A stretch of 64,000 nucleotides of DNA from Deltaproteobacteria bacterium. Lineage in GTDB: Bacteria; Desulfobacterota; Binatia; Binatales; Binataceae. The stretch lies in the NCBI GenBank assembly GCA_021780755.1, contig JAJXYF010000008.1, forward strand, positions 66,621-130,620, written 5' to 3'. Below the pieces are notes generated by a model, which did not search any database, was not told the DNA's origin, and saw only the letters and a program-made list of their open reading frames with translations. Shown one piece after another: positions 58,766 through 64,000 of the stretch (position 1 is the stretch's first letter; each line of letters starts with the position of its first letter). Position numbers and translations under genes: made by a program.

Positions 58766-59704
58766 ATGAACAGGTACACGTTAAAAGCAAAAATGGCGGC
58801 GATAGTGGTCATCATGGGCGCGTTCATCTGCGCGCGGGTGACGGTCGCCGCGGCACAGGACAGCCTCGGTTCTGCCCTGAGCTTCTCATTGCTGTCATTT
58901 GCATCCGATGGCGACGTCGAAATTGGCATTGGCAATGCTTCCAAGGTCACTTCGTCCTTGTGCTTTAATGGCGAGGTCGGTGCCGGTAACGACATCGTTC
59001 TCGGTAATAATGGGCTCTATAGCGGCGATGTGATCAGTTATGAAGGCGACATCACGCTGAACAATTACGCGAAGGTGCAGGGCCAATGCGTCACCAGCGG
59101 CGGGGCCGTAACCCTCAAAGTGGGTGCAAGCTGCGCTGGCGGCACCGATACCACCGGTTCCAATGGACTACTGAGTTTATTAGATTACGCTAACCAGGAC
59201 GGCGGCTATTTTGCGTGCGACGTTGCCTCTGGCACCCCAACTTACTCGGCGTCGGCCATCAATATCGCTGCGGGAAAGCAATTTACCATTACAGACACTG
59301 TTTCCGGCGGTCTGAATTTCATCGACGTACCCTCGATGACGATTGGCAACTCCGCAACCTTGTTCCTGTCGGGCGGAGCGTCCGATACCGTGGTACTGCG
59401 GGTCGATGGCAACACGAGCATCGGGTACGGCGCGAAAATCATGCTGACTGGCGGCTTGACCCCTTTCAACGTGGTTATCGCAACTCAGGGCGGCATCAGC
59501 TTCTGGGGTAATTCCAGCACCGTCAACGGAACCGTTCTTAACGGGCAACCCTTTAACTTCAACGGTCGCGAATGCCCGATCGGGTCAGGTGTTACGGTTA
59601 ATGGCGCGGTTCTTTGCGAGGACGATCTCTCGATGGGGCCGAATGCACGGGTTAATTTCGAGCCGGCATTTGCGGTTCAAGTCCCCTCGACTTGCGCAGA
59701 CTAA
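58766..59704 (+). CDS. Secreted ice-binding-like protein, paralog 4
   Basis: Signal peptide (AAA|Q), SLGSALSFSLLS, ITLNNYAKVQGQCVTSGG, IGYGAKIMLTGGL.P.NVV, WGNSSTVNGT, GSGVTVNGAV. GGGGAG RBS. Confidence 0.65.
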   Translation: MNRYTLKAKMAAIVVIMGAFICARVTVAAAQDSLGSALSFSLLSFASDGDVEIGIGNASKVTSSLCFNGEVGAGNDIVLGNNGLYSGDVISYEGDITLNNYAKVQGQCVTSGGAVTLKVGASCAGGTDTTGSNGLLSLLDYANQDGGYFACDVASGTPTYSASAINIAAGKQFTITDTVSGGLNFIDVPSMTIGNSATLFLSGGASDTVVLRVDGNTSIGYGAKIMLTGGLTPFNVVIATQGGISFWGNSSTVNGTVLNGQPFNFNGRECPIGSGVTVNGAVLCEDDLSMGPNARVNFEPAFAVQVPSTCAD

Positions 59705-59756
59705 GCAAGGTTTCACGGAGAGCGGGCAATAGGAGCCTGCAATTCAGAGCGCGCGA

Positions 59757-59789
59757 AGCCGCCCTTCGGGTATCACCCGGGGGGCGGCT
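59757..59789. terminator. GC-rich hairpin between convergent genes
   Basis: AGCCGCCCTTCGGGT-ATC-ACCCGGGGGGCGGCT (stem with G-U pairs). Confidence 0.6.
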
Positions 59790-59885
59790 CGTCACAACGG
59801 GGTGGTTGGTTTTGTCGAGGTCGCTGAGAACCCGGCAATCATGGAAGTGACACACACCAGACAAAATGAGGTCGAATGCTAACGT

Positions 59886-60458
59886 TTACTCGCTCGGAGT
59901 GATCTTGGTGATCTTTGATCCCTCAAGGCCGATGCCGCCCATCAGACCCTGTTGGCTGAAGACGAATGCATAGACATCCGACCGCAAATTGGTCGTCGTG
60001 AGCGACCGCGCCGCTCCTTGGTCAACCACGACAATACTCGGTCCGGTACCGATCGCCCAGCCCCCGCTCTTATCGAGGTAGGTCAGTGCTGAGTCTGTCA
60101 TGAAAAACAAGGCGTAACCAAATTTCTTTACCCCAGCCTGGAGCCCATACGAGGCAGCACCGGTTCTGTAGTAGCCGACGGTACTAGCACCTTTTCGGAG
60201 CGCCCCGTAACCGTACTGCGCACCGACGATGAAGGCCGCTTTTTTTATATCCGGGAAGACGAGGACCGCCTTGGCCTTTACCCCGAGATCTTTCGCCGCT
60301 TCGTTCTGCAAATACAGTTCCCGCAGTGCGGCAGTTACGTTCTGATCGATCTCGGATGCTTTGGGAGCCAGTGGAGAGGCCTGGGCAAATACCCTGACAC
60401 TTAGGGCAGATCCCAGCGCAATTTGTAACAGTGCGACTATGGCCAATCGTTTCAACAT
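59886..60458 (-). CDS. YSC84/SYLF lipid-binding domain secreted protein
   Basis: Signal peptide, AKAVLVFP.I.KA.FIVGAQYG.G, SYGLQAG, GW..G..PS, GLMGGIGLEGSKI. Confidence 0.82.
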   Translation of the reverse strand: MLKRLAIVALLQIALGSALSVRVFAQASPLAPKASEIDQNVTAALRELYLQNEAAKDLGVKAKAVLVFPDIKKAAFIVGAQYGYGALRKGASTVGYYRTGAASYGLQAGVKKFGYALFFMTDSALTYLDKSGGWAIGTGPSIVVVDQGAARSLTTTNLRSDVYAFVFSQQGLMGGIGLEGSKITKITPSE

Positions 60459-60507
60459 AGATATCACCGAGCCTTGTTTAGATTCGCACGACCACATTCC
60501 AATCCCC

Positions 60508-60636
60508 GATCAGCGCTTCTTTTAAGTAAGCGGTAGGGATTACGCCTGGCCTGCCAGCACAGGGTGCGCCGACGGTTTGTAACCATTCGGTTTTCGCCGC
60601 TTCGGCAGCTCGGGAAACTTCTTCATATGAAATCAG
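60508..60636 (-). pseudogene. Degenerate copy of the ppk2 3' end
   Basis: AGTAAGCGG.AGGGA, TTTGTAACC.TTCGG.TTT, CCGC.TCGGCAGCT and AACTTC.TCATATG.AATCAG align with 60878-60990. Confidence 0.7.
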
Positions 60637-60876
60637 TCCAGCGGCTTCGTCCATGCCGAGGTTCTGGCGGCGGCGATGTCGGCCACGCGTTGCGCCTCTC
60701 GATACCTGGGTCTCAATCAGCTCGAAGGCGGGATGATCATCGCTAGCTCTGCAGGCCCAGCAAGGCCCTGTTCGTTGCGAAAGATGCCGAGGCACCTCCG
60801 ACGCGGTGAGAAATTCAACCTCACGGTCCCACATCTGCGACTTCAGCCCGCTCCACTGTCTGGATCGAAGCCTCTT

Positions 60877-61716
60877 TCAGTAAGCGGCAGGGACACGCCG
60901 GACAGGTTGCGCTGGTTGTTTGTAACCGTTCGGCTTTTGCCGCTCCGGCAGCTTGACTTTTTTTTGGGGAACTTCCTCATATGGAATCAGGCTCAGAAGA
61001 TGCGAAATGCAATTGAGCCGCGCGCGTCGCTTGTCGTCTGCGTCGACGACGAACCATGGAGTTGTCTCGGTATCGGTTGCAGCCATCATCTCGTCACGGG
61101 CTCGTGAGTAATCGTACCAACGGCGATGTGACTCAAGATCCATTGGACTGAGTTTCCAGATTTTGCGCCCGTCGTTGATACGCGATAAGAATCGACGCGT
61201 TTGCTCCTTCTGGCTGACCTCGAACCAGTATTTGATTAGGATTATTCCTGAGTGAACGAAGGCCTCTTCAACCGGAGGGCAATTTCTCAGGAAGTATCTT
61301 GCCTGCTCTTCCGTACAGAAGCCCATCACGCGCTCGACCAACGCTCGGTTGTACCAACTCCGGTCGAAGATCACGATCTCCCCCGCCGCCGGAAGATGCG
61401 CGATGTACCGCTGAATATACATCTGAGATTTTTCGCGTTCGGTCGGAGCGGGCAACGCCACTACTCTGAAGACGCGAGGGCTGACTCGTTCCGTGATGCG
61501 TTTAATTACGCCTCCTTTTCCGGCGGCGTCGCGCCCTTCGAACAATATGACAATTTTCGCGCCGGTATGCTTGACCCACTCCTGAAGCTTCACCAATTCG
61601 ACGTGAAGCTTGTTCAGTTCCTTGTCGAAGTTCGCGAGCTTGAGTTTCGCGTGCTTTGAAGACCCACGGGCTCCATTCTCATCGATGCCGGCATTGATTC
61701 CCGCTTGCTTCGCCAT
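60877..61716 (-). CDS. ppk2: Polyphosphate kinase 2
   Basis: FEGRDAAGKGG (Walker A), VALPAPTERE, FDRSWYNR, IKYW, WKLSPMD, PWFVV.ADDKRRARLN. Confidence 0.95.
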   Translation of the reverse strand: MAKQAGINAGIDENGARGSSKHAKLKLANFDKELNKLHVELVKLQEWVKHTGAKIVILFEGRDAAGKGGVIKRITERVSPRVFRVVALPAPTEREKSQMYIQRYIAHLPAAGEIVIFDRSWYNRALVERVMGFCTEEQARYFLRNCPPVEEAFVHSGIILIKYWFEVSQKEQTRRFLSRINDGRKIWKLSPMDLESHRRWYDYSRARDEMMAATDTETTPWFVVDADDKRRARLNCISHLLSLIPYEEVPQKKVKLPERQKPNGYKQPAQPVRRVPAAY

Positions 61717-62365
61717 TGAACCAAATTTCCTCGCGCATTCCGGATCTATAAGACCAATGCCTGGCCACACCCGGACAATCGCAAGATCGCTGATGTCGGT
61801 CCTTGTTCCGGCGAAGCAAATTCAGGGCCGCACTAGAATCAGCGAGAACTCTGTTCTTTGCGTCGTATTTCTCGGCGCGGATTGCTGTTTCAGTGTTTCC
61901 TTTCGCTCCAGTCGCTACAGGAAATGACTCCTTTGGCTCGTCATCCCTCAAAGGGCTTAAGAAGATGCCGCCTCCACTGGCTAAGGACATGGGCACGGTT
62001 GTTGCCACAAAAGGAGAAGAGCCACATGGCCCTGACAGGAGAACATGGACAACCGAGGTCGAAGCTGGTTCCGTACTGAAGCTCCAGCCGAAATCCGTGA
62101 GTTCGTCGATGCCAATGGAGTCTCGACAACTATCGCGCCGATGGCCTGCGTTCTTCAGTTCGTTCGTCAAAGCTTGTCGTGATTCCGTTGGAGGCTGTGG
62201 GGGCGGGCACAGTTTGTCGGTCTGCTTTCAAGGCTAAATCGCAGCCTATGAAATACGGGTTTTGACGCGGACGGTTCGGTTCGCCACGGCTCGCTCGCTC
62301 AAGGACGGGAGACCAAAGATGCGTTCATGCTGGGTTGGCCGGATTTACTCGGTAGGTTCACCTCA

Positions 62366-63385
62366 ATGTCGAGAAAACTGATCCTCGGCGTGGTCATAGT
62401 CGCCGCAGTTGGTGGAGGCGTTATCGCGTGGCTCATCCTCTCCAAACCCGCCCTACCGGCCGGGTTCGCGGGCGGTAACGGCAGACTTGAAGCCAAGCAG
62501 ATCGACATCGCGACAAAGTATCCGGGCAGAATCAAGGCGGTCCTTGCTGATGAAGGGGATACAGTCGACGCGGGGCAAGTCGTCGCTACCATGGATACCG
62601 AGCCGCTCGAGGCTCAGTTGCGTGAGGCTGAAGCCCGGATCGTGGAGGCTCAAGATAATCGGCGCACCGCGCTGGCCGAGGTCACGGTTAAACGAAGTGA
62701 GCTGGCATACGCCGACAAACAGTACAAACGTTCCAAGGAATTAGTCGTCCGTGGAGCGGTGAGCGAACAGGAAAAGGATATCGATCTGTCCCACCTGGAG
62801 GTGGCTCGGTCCGCGTTGCTCGGGGTGCAGGCCCAAGCGGTTCGAACACAATCCGCTATCGATGCGGCAACGGCGGTGGCCCAAAGGCTGAAGGCCGAAA
62901 TCAAGGACAGCGTTCTCAGGGCTCCGGTCAGAGGACGGATACAGGAGCGCATGGCGGAGCCGGGCGAAGTCCTCTCAGGAGGGGGCAAGGTACTCACACT
63001 GATCGACTTGAGCAAGGTGTACATGTACGTCTTCCTTCCTGAGAGCGTCGCCGGGAAGGTAGCTTTGGGATCGGAAGGCAGAATCGTTCTCGATGCCGCT
63101 CCCGAATATCCGATCTGGGCGGTTGTGTCATACGTCTCCTCCAGTGCGCAATTTACTCCCAAGACAGTCGAGACCGCAGAGGAACGCCACAATCTGACTT
63201 TCCGCGTAAAGCTGCAGCTTGACGCGAACCGTCTGCGTCAATTCGAGCCCTATGTGAAGGTTGGAATTCCGGGCATGGGGTACGTTCGCTTCGACCAAAA
63301 CGCGCCGTGGCCCCAGATGCTCCAGGTGAAGTCAGTGATGCCCGGCCAGCTCTGGCATCCAACTGGATCGACGGCCTCGCAATGA
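62366..63385 (+). CDS. HlyD-family membrane fusion protein (YhiI-like)
   Basis: N-terminal [49 protein letters not shown]. Confidence 0.9.
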   Translation: MSRKLILGVVIVAAVGGGVIAWLILSKPALPAGFAGGNGRLEAKQIDIATKYPGRIKAVLADEGDTVDAGQVVATMDTEPLEAQLREAEARIVEAQDNRRTALAEVTVKRSELAYADKQYKRSKELVVRGAVSEQEKDIDLSHLEVARSALLGVQAQAVRTQSAIDAATAVAQRLKAEIKDSVLRAPVRGRIQERMAEPGEVLSGGGKVLTLIDLSKVYMYVFLPESVAGKVALGSEGRIVLDAAPEYPIWAVVSYVSSSAQFTPKTVETAEERHNLTFRVKLQLDANRLRQFEPYVKVGIPGMGYVRFDQNAPWPQMLQVKSVMPGQLWHPTGSTASQ

Positions 63386-64000
63386 AGGAGAGCACCACAT
63401 ATGAGTCGGCTGCGACTCTAAGACAGGTCGCGCAACATTATGGAAACGTCGCCGCTCTCGATGGCGTGGACCTGGACATCCCCGCGCGAAAAATGATCGG
63501 CCTGATAGGCCCCGACGGGGTTGGAAAATCCACCCTCCTCAGTCTAATTGCGGGCGTTCGACGCATACAGACTGGAGAGGTCAGCGCACTTGGCGGCGAC
63601 ATGGCCAATGCGCATTTCCGTAATTCCGTCTTCGCGCGCATTGCATATATGCCCCAAGGGCTGGGAAAGAACCTTTATCCGACCCTGTCGATCTTCGAAA
63701 ATGTCGATTTCTTCGGGCGTCTGTTTGGGCAGTCGCGTGAGGAGCGCGAGTGGCGGATACGCGAGTTGTTCGCCAGTACCGACCTGACACCGTTCCGCGA
63801 TCGCCCCGCAGGAAAGTTGTCCGGCGGGATGAAGCAAAAGCTGGGGCTGTGCTGTTCGTTGATTCACGACCCGGATCTGTTGATCCTCGACGAGCCAACC
63901 ACCGGAGTTGACCCTCTGGCGCGCAGGCAGTTCTGGGAGCTGATCGACCGCATCCGGCTTCGCCGCCCGAGAATGAGCGTGCTTGTCGCAACCGCTTACA
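63382..64000 (+). CDS. rbbA: RbbA/YhiH-type ABC ATPase-permease (5' part; runs off window)
   Basis: ATG overlaps the hlyD stop. Translation gives [72 protein letters not shown]. Confidence 0.88.
   Translation, partial: MKESTTYESAATLRQVAQHYGNVAALDGVDLDIPARKMIGLIGPDGVGKSTLLSLIAGVRRIQTGEVSALGGDMANAHFRNSVFARIAYMPQGLGKNLYPTLSIFENVDFFGRLFGQSREEREWRIRELFASTDLTPFRDRPAGKLSGGMKQKLGLCCSLIHDPDLLILDEPTTGVDPLARRQFWELIDRIRLRRPRMSVLVATAY

Noticed and set aside
61720..62300. Overlapping 144-163 aa ORFs between ppk2 and hlyD
   Set aside because: No family motifs, convincing RBS or consistent strand, so not called.

Overview
Bacterial chromosomal window with no rRNA, tRNA, CRISPR or integrase/transposase recognised. 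Gene content (paired luciferase-like monooxygenases, choice-of-anchor D/NHL/kelch secreted proteins) is reminiscent of Candidatus Binatota, which is my inference only. 1-11.2 kb is GC-rich housekeeping: lysC, cimA, cysE, a frameshifted phzF-like gene, cysteine desulfurase, mnmA, mtaB, rnc, era, der. 11.5-19.3 kb is metabolic: two LLM oxidoreductases, EthD, an MBL hydrolase, SnoaL, and an unusual trio of ArgZ-like pentein hydrolase, AstA and M20 deacylase. 19.4-25.9 kb and 59.9-64 kb are accessory genes and gene scars: sthA and arylsulfatase fragments, an octaheme cytochrome-TPR protein, DUF3313, a K+ channel, a CYTH-like protein, YSC84, ppk2, hlyD-rbbA. Between them lies a ~33.6 kb cell-surface block (26.2-59.8 kb). 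It holds a Wzx/Wzy exopolysaccharide operon with an NTase/P-loop kinase/APH-kinase fusion, four paralogous DUF3494 (ice-binding-like) secreted proteins, large NHL and kelch propeller proteins, two beta-helix proteins, a methyltransferase and an orphan lasso-type RiPP precursor ending in Ser. One ice-binding-like domain appears circularly permuted and inserted inside the first blade of a beta-propeller. All assignments come from motif recognition by eye, and no database search was run.
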